From Candidatus Latescibacterota bacterium (GTDB taxonomy: Bacteria > Latescibacterota > UBA2968 > GCA-2709665): 64,000 bases of DNA. The notes under the pieces are model-generated. The model was not told where the DNA came from and did not search any database. It saw only the letters and a program-made list of their open reading frames with translations. The translations under genes were made by a program, and so were the position numbers. The stretch lies in assembly GCA_965208835.1 (NCBI GenBank), contig OZ242358.1:3616001-3680000 (forward strand), given 5' to 3'. Of the stretch, positions 40,058 to 49,700 are shown piece after piece; positions within the stretch are counted from its first letter, which is position 1; every line of letters starts with the position of its first letter.

Positions 40058-40987
40058 TTACTCCAGTACGTCACGGCCTTCTCCTTCCGGTATGCGGAGC
40101 CCGATCGTTTCCAGATGCATTTCCAGGAACCTCAAAAACGCCTCGGCCGCCCGTGAGAGGCGTCCCACTTCACGACACACCATTCCCACCTGGCGCACCG
40201 GAAGCCCCGTCACTCGAATCGCTGTCAACCTGCCCGATCTCACCTCGTCCCGAACCGCGACTTCCGGCACGACCGCTATTCCGAAGCCGATTTCAACGAA
40301 GCGCTTGATCACTTCAATGCTGCCGAGTTCCATGATGACGTGCGGCTGAAGTCCCGCCGCCGCGAACATCCGGTCCATCAGTCCTCTGCTGGTACTGCCT
40401 CTCTCGAGCATCAACATCGCGCTGTCGCTCAGCGAATGCAGATCGACGGCTTTCGCGGATGCCAGGCGATGCGTCGGACTGGAAATGGCGACGTCTTCTC
40501 TGATGAAAAACGGCCGTGTCCGCACCCTGGGTTCCGTTACCGGAAGCGTGGCCAGTCCGAAATCCACCGCCCCCTCCAGAACCAGTCGCACCACCTCCGG
40601 GGACATCCGGTCGGTCAGCCGGATTTCGATTCCGGGGTACGCCTGACGGAAGGCCTTTACCGCGGGAGGAAGGACGTAGGCACAATTCGTATCGCTGGTT
40701 CCGATACTCAGTCTCCCAGTACGCAACTGTCCGAGGGCGGCCATGTCCTGCCGAATCTGTTCGGCCATCTCCAGAATGGCCTCGGCTCGCGCGAGCAGCA
40801 GTCGGCCTGCTTCGGTCAAAAGAATCTGCTTTCCGCGCCGCTCGAACAGGTCTTCCCCGAGTTCGTCTTCAAGCGCCTTTACCTGAAGACTCACCGCCGG
40901 CTGTGTCAAGAACAGTTTTTCTGCTGCACGCGTAAAGCTCTTTTCGCGCGCGGTTTCGACAAACCCTCTAAGCCGATCCAGATCCAT
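40058..40987 (-). CDS. LysR-type transcriptional regulator
   Basis: SFTRAAEKLFLTQPAVSLQVKALEDELG HTH, LTEAG. Confidence 0.95.
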   Translation of the reverse strand: MDLDRLRGFVETAREKSFTRAAEKLFLTQPAVSLQVKALEDELGEDLFERRGKQILLTEAGRLLLARAEAILEMAEQIRQDMAALGQLRTGRLSIGTSDTNCAYVLPPAVKAFRQAYPGIEIRLTDRMSPEVVRLVLEGAVDFGLATLPVTEPRVRTRPFFIREDVAISSPTHRLASAKAVDLHSLSDSAMLMLERGSTSRGLMDRMFAAAGLQPHVIMELGSIEVIKRFVEIGFGIAVVPEVAVRDEVRSGRLTAIRVTGLPVRQVGMVCREVGRLSRAAEAFLRFLEMHLETIGLRIPEGEGRDVLE

Positions 40988-41070
40988 CTGTCAGTACCCC
41001 ACAGTGCTGCGGAGACAAATCGCAAAAAGCAGGTGGCTTTGCCTTCCCGCCGTGAGACCTTGCAAGTTTG

Positions 41071-41120
41071 CATAAAAATATAATATAATAAAAATAATAT
41101 TAATAAATTTTTTTTATCTC
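41071..41120. promoter_or_regulatory. AT-rich LysR operator region between divergent genes
   Basis: About 45 nt of nearly pure A/T containing ATAA-N7-TTAT (41103-41117, T-N11-A). Confidence 0.7.
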
Positions 41121-41213
41121 AAGAGATCTGTTATGGTTTACCCGGCCCGCCTATCCATACGGAACGGGTCAATTCAATGATTCCAAGGACCATGCCCGAT
41201 ATGGAGGTGCAAT

Positions 41214-42224
41214 GTGAGCGCAACCCTCGTTGTAGACGCGTTCTGGGGCGATTCCGGCAAAGGAAAAATCGCCGCCTTTACCGCCCTCAAACAGGAAGCC
41301 GCCTTCTGTGTACGCGCAGGAACCGGCACCAACGCCGGCCACAGCATCTACTTCGAAGACGGCTCAGAAATCCGTACGCATCAACTGTGCTGCGGTTGGT
41401 TACACCCTCGCACGCAGCTTCGGATAGGTAGTGGCGTCGCGTTAAACCCTGAAATATTCCTCCGTGAAATCCACAGATACGAACTTGCCGACCGTGCCCG
41501 CGTGGATCTGCGGTGTCCGGTGATCGCGCCCGAACATCGGGCACGCGAGGCACGGGACACGCATCTTGCCGCCAACGTGGGCAGCGTATGCAGCGGCAGC
41601 GGCGCCGCCAGAGCCGACTTTGTCATACGCAGGGCGCGGCAGGCCCGAGACATCCCCGAACTGAAGGATTACCTCGCCGACGTACCGCGAGAGATCAACA
41701 CGGCATGCACGGAGGGTCGCGCTGTTGTCATCGAATCCAGCCAGGGAACCCACCTGTCCCTTTCGCTGACTGCCGACTACCCGTTCTGCACGTCCGGCAA
41801 TTGCACCGCCGTCGCCGCAGCGGACGATTCAGGCCTTAACTGGCAGTACATAAAGGACGTCATCCTGGTGGTCAAGGCGGTACCCAGCCGGGTAGGGGCA
41901 GGCCCGTTGCCGTTTGAGATTTCTGAAGCTGAACAGGACCGGCGTGGTATCGTCGAATACGGCGTCACGACCGGGCGCCGCCGCAGAAAAGCCCGCCGCA
42001 TTTCCTGGCGGCACCTTGAAGAGGCAGTAATGCTTAATGGACCCACGCAGATTTCCCTCACGTTCTGCGACCACCTTGATCCTGACGTGCGGGGCGCCCG
42101 CACCAGGGATGCCCTCACGGATCCCGTGTTGAAGTTGATTCGTGACGTTGAATCGCGCACAGGCGTACCGGTAACGACTGCTGAAACGGGCAAGTATTTC
42201 GGTGATATCGTAGACCTGACCTGA
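41214..42224 (+). CDS. purA: Adenylosuccinate synthetase, short archaeal-type (336 aa)
   Basis: WGDSGKGK, NAGH, ESSQG, YPFCTS, SRVGAGP, EYGVTTGRRRR; GTG start after GGAGGT. Confidence 0.85.
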   Translation: MSATLVVDAFWGDSGKGKIAAFTALKQEAAFCVRAGTGTNAGHSIYFEDGSEIRTHQLCCGWLHPRTQLRIGSGVALNPEIFLREIHRYELADRARVDLRCPVIAPEHRAREARDTHLAANVGSVCSGSGAARADFVIRRARQARDIPELKDYLADVPREINTACTEGRAVVIESSQGTHLSLSLTADYPFCTSGNCTAVAAADDSGLNWQYIKDVILVVKAVPSRVGAGPLPFEISEAEQDRRGIVEYGVTTGRRRRKARRISWRHLEEAVMLNGPTQISLTFCDHLDPDVRGARTRDALTDPVLKLIRDVESRTGVPVTTAETGKYFGDIVDLT

Positions 42225-42264
42225 TCTCGCAACGATTGTACTCAACACGGGTGGCGGGCGGGAA

Positions 42265-42561
42265 TCAAACTGCACTGTCACGCGCGCTGCGGATGATTTC
42301 CAGCCAGGTCGATTCATAGTCTGCAAGCGCCCCATGCCAGGCGTCTTGATTTCCGGCGCCACGCCGGAAATCCAATGCCAGACTGTCGACAGTCCGCTCG
42401 GCCGCGTCTATGCTGGCCAGTCGCTCCGCATCCAGTGCAGGCGAGGCGAGGCCGTTGATTTCGGTCTGTATGCGTTCCACAACCCGTCGAAAGTCGTCGC
42501 TCAAGCGCGTGAACGCCGCCCCTCCGGTGAACCCCTCGTTCCGCCCAACGCGATTTGACAT
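42265..42561 (-). CDS. Small helical hypothetical protein (98 aa)
   Basis: Strong SD AGGAGG and an upstream TTGACA element. Confidence 0.65.
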   Translation of the reverse strand: MSNRVGRNEGFTGGAAFTRLSDDFRRVVERIQTEINGLASPALDAERLASIDAAERTVDSLALDFRRGAGNQDAWHGALADYESTWLEIIRSARDSAV

Positions 42562-42610
42562 TTGGGACCTCCTGGTATGGATCCTGAAATATCACCTCGT
42601 TTCCGCACTT

Positions 42611-42651
42611 TTGTACAACCGATGTATACTATACAAATGTGCAGCTGTCAA
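42611..42651 (-). promoter_or_regulatory. Promoter with overlapping palindromic operator
   Basis: Minus-strand TTGACA (42646-42651); TGTATA-C-TATACA (42623-42635) and TTGTACAA (42611-42618). Confidence 0.5.
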
Positions 42652-42878
42652 GGGAGGGCAAGACGCCTGTTCGCGGATGGTGAGCCGCAGATTTCAGTTC
42701 CCCATTGGTCGTGCGCCGGCCGGCCGGCCGACGGGAGCGATTCTGCATGCTCATGTGAATTAACTTTACACCGGCTGACGCTCTCCCATATATTGGTTGT
42801 CAGCCGAGAGGCGTCGAAAGAGGAGGACGTACTGAAATCCTTGTGACGTTCGAAAATGAAAATCCCTAAAGGAGGCGC

Positions 42879-44402
42879 ATGATGCTCATTTTGATTCGCA
42901 GCTGGTTCATTTTCCCGATCGCGATGGGCGTGGTATTTGGCTGCGGCGGCGAACGCCCGACCACGTCGTCCGATTCACTGTCTGAGGACCATGCGGGAGA
43001 GCCGCTGGGCAAACTGGCATTCGATGGAAACGTGACTTCGGCCGTCGTGGTTGCCCGTCTCCGTCAAGACCGGTCTCCGGCAGCCGGCGCTGAGGTTTCC
43101 TTCTCGCGGTCGGTCTCGGGAAAGAGCGCCGACTACGAGTGGGCCGGTACGACTGACGGACGCGGGCAGACACTGGTGGCGCTTGAATGGATGCGGGCTG
43201 GCGGATACGTCCGCGCACAGGCACACAGGGACGGCGCCCTCATCGGGTCGTGGTCCAGCATCCCGATCAACCCCGGCGTCCAGGTCACCGTTGAACTGAC
43301 CGAAGGAGAAAAAGCACGCGTCACCGGCTCTGTCCGACTGACGCCGGGCGGTCTTCCCGAGGAAATCCCGATTGGCGTCGTTGCGCCCCTGACAGTCAGT
43401 CAGACCCAATACGGTGCGGGCATTGAAAGCGGCCTGGCCCTTGCGCTCGAAGAGATCAACGGCACATCGACGCTCGGGGGCGCGAGTATCGTTTTCAGGA
43501 GAGAGGACTCCCGCGGTATGGCGCAGGGTGCCGTTGACGCGTTCAACAAACTGATTCTTCACGATTACGTCCCCGTCATCCTGGGCCCCGCTCTCTCCAC
43601 GGAAGCCAAAGAGGCATTTCCGGTCGCACAGCAGAACCATGTTGTCGCCTTCAGCACGACCTCCGCGGCGTCGGGCCTCAGCGCAATTGGTGACTTTATC
43701 TTCCGCGCAAGCCTGAGTGTAGACGTGCTTATCCCCGGCGGTGTCTCAATCACTCGCGAGAAGCTGCGATACGGGCGGGTCGCCCTGATGGTCGACTCGA
43801 CGGACGTCTTTTCCCGAAGCAGCGACGTCGCGCTGCAAAGCGCCCTCGCGGAGGAGGGTGTCGAGATCCTGACGAGAGAGACCTTTGCGACAGACGATAC
43901 ATCCTTTGTCGATCAATTCGCAAGGATACGCGGTCTGAATCCGCATGCGGTTTTCGTTTCCGCTCTGTCGCGGCAACGCGTTCAAATGCTGATCCGGGGC
44001 CGACACCAGGGCATTCCTGCCAACATTCCCTTTATCGTACCGGGCTTGACCCAGGACGAAGTACGGGAGGCCGGCGATGCCGGCGAGGGTGCGATCGCCA
44101 TTACCGGCTGGACTGCCACGGCAAACACACCGGGGAATCAACCGTTCGCTGAGAAATACAGGTCGAAATTCGGCGCGGAACCGAATCGGTGGGCTGCGCA
44201 GTCTTACGCCGCGCTTTATGTTCTTTCAGAGGCGATTGCAACGGCCGGGTCCACGGATCCCGCGGCCATTCGCGAGGCGATGGCCGGCATCACGGACCTG
44301 GACACCATTCTGGGTCAATTCTCGTTCGACCGCAACGGAGACGCGGTCTACGACCCGATCATTCTTATTGCAAGAAACGGTATGTTCGAGGTTTACGAGT
44401 GA
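42879..44402 (+). CDS. Lipoprotein: N-terminal beta domain + LivJ-type ABC substrate-binding domain
   Basis: Lipobox VFGC; IPIGVVAPLT, LALEEIN, ILGP, FIFR, AAQSY, GQFSFDRNGD. Confidence 0.85.
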   Translation: MMLILIRSWFIFPIAMGVVFGCGGERPTTSSDSLSEDHAGEPLGKLAFDGNVTSAVVVARLRQDRSPAAGAEVSFSRSVSGKSADYEWAGTTDGRGQTLVALEWMRAGGYVRAQAHRDGALIGSWSSIPINPGVQVTVELTEGEKARVTGSVRLTPGGLPEEIPIGVVAPLTVSQTQYGAGIESGLALALEEINGTSTLGGASIVFRREDSRGMAQGAVDAFNKLILHDYVPVILGPALSTEAKEAFPVAQQNHVVAFSTTSAASGLSAIGDFIFRASLSVDVLIPGGVSITREKLRYGRVALMVDSTDVFSRSSDVALQSALAEEGVEILTRETFATDDTSFVDQFARIRGLNPHAVFVSALSRQRVQMLIRGRHQGIPANIPFIVPGLTQDEVREAGDAGEGAIAITGWTATANTPGNQPFAEKYRSKFGAEPNRWAAQSYAALYVLSEAIATAGSTDPAAIREAMAGITDLDTILGQFSFDRNGDAVYDPIILIARNGMFEVYE

Positions 44403-44431
44403 CGTAAACCAACCACAAGAGGAGAAAAACG

Positions 44432-45256
44432 ATGAGCGAGATGCCGATCGGCGTCATGATGAGCGCTGGATGGACCCTGGACCAGCTCAGGCATGTGCGG
44501 GATCTGGGTTTCGACAACGTACAGATTCACGCCCCGTCCGAGGACGTGCTGGAAGATCCCAACGGAAGTGCCGCGCTGATACGGGACATACAATCTGTGT
44601 GCATTCAGATTACCACTGTTTTCGCGGGGTTTTCAGGAGAGAGTTACGCCGACATTCCCACGGTCAAAGAAACGGTGGGATATCTCAATCCTTCCATGAG
44701 GGAAGAACGCATGAGAATAACCGAGCGTATCTCAGACTTCGCACGCGCGCTCGGCGTTGACAAGGTGGCCGCGCACATCGGATTCGTCCCGGAAGACCCG
44801 GATCATCCGGACCACCATGCCATGGTTGAATGTGTCAGAAGATTGGCCGACTCTTGCGGCCGGAACGGGCAGGACTTCTGCCTGGAAACAGGCCAGGAGA
44901 CGGCTTCCGCGCTGCGCCACTTTCTCGAAACGCTGAATCGCAACAACGTAGGCGTCAACTTCGACCCGGCAAATATGATCCTGTACGGAAGCGGAGAACC
45001 CATCGAGGCCCTTGGAATTGTTGCCGACTACGTCGTCAGCGTTCATGCGAAAGACGGCAAGTGGCCACCGGGGGAAGGACAGCTGGGTACGGAATACCCC
45101 CTTGGCAGCGGCGACGTGGGCATGGACCGCTTCATTGCCAAACTCAAGCAGATCGGATATCGCGGCCCGATCACCATGGAACGCGAAATTCCGGATTGGG
45201 ACCAGAAGGTGAGGGATCTGGTTCAGGGAAGAAATCTCCTGGAGAGCCTGATTTAG
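44432..45256 (+). CDS. Sugar phosphate isomerase/epimerase (xylose isomerase-like TIM barrel)
   Basis: HIGFVPE, LETGQE, VNFDPANMILYG, VHAKDG, TMERE. Confidence 0.9.
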   Translation: MSEMPIGVMMSAGWTLDQLRHVRDLGFDNVQIHAPSEDVLEDPNGSAALIRDIQSVCIQITTVFAGFSGESYADIPTVKETVGYLNPSMREERMRITERISDFARALGVDKVAAHIGFVPEDPDHPDHHAMVECVRRLADSCGRNGQDFCLETGQETASALRHFLETLNRNNVGVNFDPANMILYGSGEPIEALGIVADYVVSVHAKDGKWPPGEGQLGTEYPLGSGDVGMDRFIAKLKQIGYRGPITMEREIPDWDQKVRDLVQGRNLLESLI

Positions 45257-45295
45257 TGTTCTGTCCCGATAATTCGCCACCATTCGACCGCCGAT
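45256..45295. mobile_element. Truncated family B MITE (one end only)
   Basis: TA|GTGTTCTGTCCCGATAATT...CACCATTCGACCGCCGAT, overlapping the TAG stop of the upstream gene. Confidence 0.7.
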
Positions 45296-45473
45296 GTCCG
45301 TCGGGCCGCGAACGGAAAAACGCCCTCTCTCCGTTGAGTAACCTTTTGGCGGGAGGGAAGGTCCAAAAGGACGACGACGGAAAAAGGGCGTATCTGTTCT
45401 GTTATACGTCCGCGCGCGGCCAAAGTTTCATTATGAAGAGAGTCAACCGGGTTGTATCGATCACCGGATGCAT

Positions 45474-46643
45474 TTACGGGGTGACGACCAGAATGCGATC
45501 GTCGTCCGTCCGCGGCTGACCCCGGCCGTCCCTGTTGCTCGTGGCAAGGTATACCTCGCCATCGGGTCCCACCAGGACATCTCGAAGACGTCCGAAACGG
45601 CCGTTGAACAGATTCTCGCGGCTCATCGCTCGCAGACCGTCGGAAGACAGGCCGATTCGCCAGAGCGCCTGCCCCTTCAACGTCGTAAACAACAGGTTTC
45701 CCTTCCAGGCTGGAATCAGATCCTTAGTGTATATGTCCGCGCCTGCCGGTGCGATTGTCGGCGTCCACGCCACCAGCGGTTCCACGACGTTGTTTGCCGA
45801 GCAATACTCGGATTCACCGGTTAGAACATCATTGTCGCAAAACCCGCGCACGCCCGGCCATCCATAGTTTCCGCCCCGCACGATGAGGTTGACTTCGTCG
45901 TTGTCAAGGGGTCCATGTTCCGTACTGTAGAGCCTTCCGGTCGAGGGATGGAACACAAGTCCCTGTGGATTCCTGTGTCCGAATGAATACACCGCCGTGC
46001 CGAACGGATTGTCCTGAGCCGGCTTTCCTTCCATGTCAAGTCGAAGGACTTTGCCCGCCAGCGAATTCAAATTCTGGGAGAGCGCGGGAGATTGAGCGTC
46101 GCCGGTCGTGACATATAACAAATTATCAGGACCAACAGCAAGCCTCGATCCGTCATGATTGGGCGCACCGGGAATGGCGTTCAAGAGGAGTTCGGGCGCG
46201 CCCAGTGCTGTGCCGTCGTATCGCATCCTTACAAGTCGATTCCGTACACCGCTGCCAGTACTATAGGAATAGACCGCATAGACGTAGGGCAGGCTTTCAA
46301 AATCCGGGTGGAACGCGATACCCATCAACCCGCTCTCGCTCAACTCGAAGGCATCGATTCGGCCCACCTCCGAAACCACGCCCGTCTCCGTATGCACCCG
46401 GGATATCGTTCCCTCACGCTCGCTCACCCAGATGTGGCCGTCCGGCCCCCAGGCCAGATCCCACGGCGTATCCAGGCCGGTAGCCAGCGTCTTAACGGTA
46501 AACCCGTCCACCCTGTTGTCGGCTACCTGCCCGCCTCCGTTATCGGCGACGGGATTCTCCGGCTGGGAATCGTTTGCGCCCTTTCCACATCCCGCAACCA
46601 CAGATAATGTGAGCAATACCGCTGTGACTCGGCGCCCCACCAT
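45474..46643 (-). CDS. PQQ-dependent soluble aldose sugar dehydrogenase (GSDH/YliI family) lipoprotein
   Basis: Lipobox VAGC; GLDTPWDLAW, ESGLMGIAFHPDF, HDGSRL, GHRNPQG, EHGP...DEVN, GRLRDV. Confidence 0.92.
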   Translation of the reverse strand: MVGRRVTAVLLTLSVVAGCGKGANDSQPENPVADNGGGQVADNRVDGFTVKTLATGLDTPWDLAWGPDGHIWVSEREGTISRVHTETGVVSEVGRIDAFELSESGLMGIAFHPDFESLPYVYAVYSYSTGSGVRNRLVRMRYDGTALGAPELLLNAIPGAPNHDGSRLAVGPDNLLYVTTGDAQSPALSQNLNSLAGKVLRLDMEGKPAQDNPFGTAVYSFGHRNPQGLVFHPSTGRLYSTEHGPLDNDEVNLIVRGGNYGWPGVRGFCDNDVLTGESEYCSANNVVEPLVAWTPTIAPAGADIYTKDLIPAWKGNLLFTTLKGQALWRIGLSSDGLRAMSRENLFNGRFGRLRDVLVGPDGEVYLATSNRDGRGQPRTDDDRILVVTP

Positions 46644-46673
46644 TTTGCGTCTCTTTTTCGCTAACGCACGACC

Positions 46674-46725
46674 TTTCCGACCGCAAGGGCCGGCCGCAGC
46701 CCGGATGGGCTTTTCCAACGGGCTG
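46674..46725. mobile_element. Truncated family A MITE (one end only)
   Basis: ...GACCGCAAGGGCCGGCCGCAGCCCGGATGGGCTTTTCCAACGGGCTG|CTAA; CTA is the stop of the BamA-like gene. Confidence 0.8.
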
Positions 46726-49700
46726 CTAAAACAATCCGGTGAAGTCAATCGAGAAATACTGCTTGGGATGGACCGTCTCCGCAAAATCGGTTGGCCATGC
46801 CAGGTCGTAGCGAAACAGAGCCAACCCCATATTCACCCGGACACCCAGCCCATAGCCCGCTTTCAGGTCCCTGAGCTCGAACCCGCCGTCGCGCGCTTCC
46901 CACGGATTGAAGCTGTCGCGATTGAACGCGCTGCCGACGTCCATGAACAGCTCACCCTGTACATTCTGGAAAAACAACGGGAGCGGCCAGCCCAACGCCA
47001 GCTGTCTGAGCAGTGGAAAGCGAAACGCGACATTGGCCAGCACATACGAGTCGCCTGCCATCTCGAACACGTCGGCGCCGCGCAGGGGCCACACAAAACT
47101 GGAGAAGAAGATGCGTTCACGGTCGACGGAAGCAAACGTGGCGAAATTGGGATTGATTGAGTTGTTTACACCACCCAGGAAGAAGATCTGCCGGTTCCGA
47201 CCGAAACTGGTTCCGCCCGACATACGGACGGCGAGGGTGTACTCGTCCAGCATCGGGACGTATTTACGATAATCGCCCTGGACCGTGCCGTACTTCATTC
47301 CCGCCCAACTGCCCCGTACGGACAACCTTGCCCGTCGTCCCTTTGTCGGTCCGTAAAGAGAATATAACGCATTGTCGTCGACGAGTTCCAGGCTGTTGAT
47401 TACGGCCTTGTTATTGGAAACCGGCGTACCGCTCCCCCTGATGACCCTGCCCGTATAGCCGGCTCGGAGATATTGATTCTGATAGGAGCCCAGGTTTTCA
47501 CGGGAGATGCTTATCGCCTGCATGCTGGTCTCGAGTCGCGTAAATCGATTGAACGGCCGGTGGAAAACAACACCCCCTCCGTAGATCCGGTCCGCCACGA
47601 CCTGACCGTTTGAAATGAAGAAGTTCCGGGTGTGAAGCGCGCTGAGGTAATAGTTGGTCTGGTGTTTGAGGTTCTGGTATCCGAGGAAGAGGTCGCTGTC
47701 TTTGAGGGAGAAGCTGAGTCCGGATTGTATGATGAGCCTGTGGTCGCCCATCACGTCGGTCAGGGACAGGTGCAGCAGGCTGCTCACGCCGTAGAACGTG
47801 TCGAAGCCCGCGTTCGCCCCGAAGAATTCCGGTTTGAGTTTCACGCGGTATTTGTTCACCGTGAACTCCCGGTTCCAGTCGCGCAGCGTCAACTCCCTGT
47901 CGCCGTCTGCCGCCAGCGTATCCGTCCCGGCCTCCTCGTCGTCGTCGCTCGCCTCCGCCGCCGCCAGCGCCATCTGGTCCGACATCCACGTCTCCACTTT
48001 CCTGTCCGCCGCCGCAACCACCGCCGCCGTGTCTTCCTGCGCTGCCACACCCCCGCTGTCGACCGCCGCGGCCGCCTTCTGCTCCTGCTGCCGCTCGCGC
48101 TGCAGCTCCACGAACGGACGGTCCTCGATGCCCGCCAGACGCTTCGCATAACGCGTCAGCGGCAGATCCTCCATCCCCCGCTTCTGCTTGCGCGGGTCCT
48201 TTATCACGAAGATGTCATAGCCCCCGCGGTGAAACGTCGTAAACGCCAGCTTCTTGCCGTCCGCGCTCCAGTCGATATACCGCGCTCCCGACAGCAGATT
48301 GCTGATCGGATACATCTGAGAGCCGTCCACGCGCGTGATGTAGACGTTGCCCACGCCCGTCCTGTCCGACACGAACGCCAGCGTCTGCGAGTCCGGTCCC
48401 CACGTGGGATGGCTGTCGTTCACCTCGCTTTCCACCACACGCCGGATCTCGCTCCCGTCCGCCTTCAGCACGAACACGTCATACACACCGAACTCGAAGT
48501 CCTTCGACCCGTCATACGTCAACGCCGCCGACGGCCGGTCCGAACTGATCGCGATCCACTTCCCGTCCGGCGACCAGTCCAGGTGCTTCTCGTCATACGG
48601 GTCACGCGTCATCCGTCGCAACGACTCGTCTGCCACGTCCACTACGTACACGTCCGACCACCCGTCCTTCAACCCCACGATCGCGATCTGCTTCCCGTCC
48701 GGCGACCACGTGGGCTCGAACAACCCGTCCAGATCGAACTTGAAACGCTTCGTCACACGCTTCTTGCGCACGTCCAGCGTATACAGCGTGTTCTTGTTGC
48801 GCGACTTCGCCGCAAACGCGATCTGCTTCCCGTCCGGCGACCACGTGATGCCCGGACGCAGCACGAACAGCCCCTCGAAGTCCGACGAACGCTCGCCCTC
48901 CACCAACCGCCCCAGGTCCTGACCGTCGATCGCCGACATCAGGTAGATGTCGAACGTGCCCTGACGCTCCGTCACATACGCGATCTTGTCGCCCTGCGGC
49001 GAAAACGACGGCGCGATATTGTAAAAACCACGGCCCGCACCCGCCTCCGTCAGCTGCTTCGCCACCTCCTCCGACGGATGGTGCAGGTTGATCTCGTTCC
49101 AATACTGACGCTTCAGCCACAACTGCCACTTCTCGTCCAGCTCCTCCACACCCTCGCCCACCGACGCCTTCAGCGCCTTGTCCACGGAACGCGCGGAACG
49201 GAACGACGAAATGAACTCCGCCACCTTGTCCTTGCCATACTCCTCCTCGATCATCACGAAGACGGACTGCCCCCCCTTATACGCAAACGCGCCGCTCAAC
49301 GACATCATCCCCGGCACAAAGCCCGTGATCGTCGCGTGACGCATGAAATTGTCGGCCTCGCGGTCCCAGCCCCCCTGCGACAGATACTCCGCCACACCCT
49401 CCGCGATCCACAGCGGTGGCAGCGACGCCGCCTGCGTCATCATCGCACCCAGCCATCCGCCGCCCGTCCACATCTCCAGTGTCACCACGTGTACCAGCTC
49501 GTGGTGGATCACGTGACGGAAATCGGCATACGACCCTGTATACGGGATCACCACGCGACCCTGTGCAAACTCCGTGAAACCACCCGTGAACTCCGACTGC
49601 TCCGTCGGCGTGATGTTCGTTACCGAAAACCCGTTGTGAGAGTTGTAGATCACAATCGGATAGCGGTCCTTCAGCGTATACTTCAGGTCCTTCTCCAGAC

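Noticed and set aside
41214-42224. PurZ (2-aminoadenine pathway)
   Set aside because: The catalytic Asp is retained (GDSGKG rather than the PurZ-type Ser), and there is no phage, DatZ or MazZ context.
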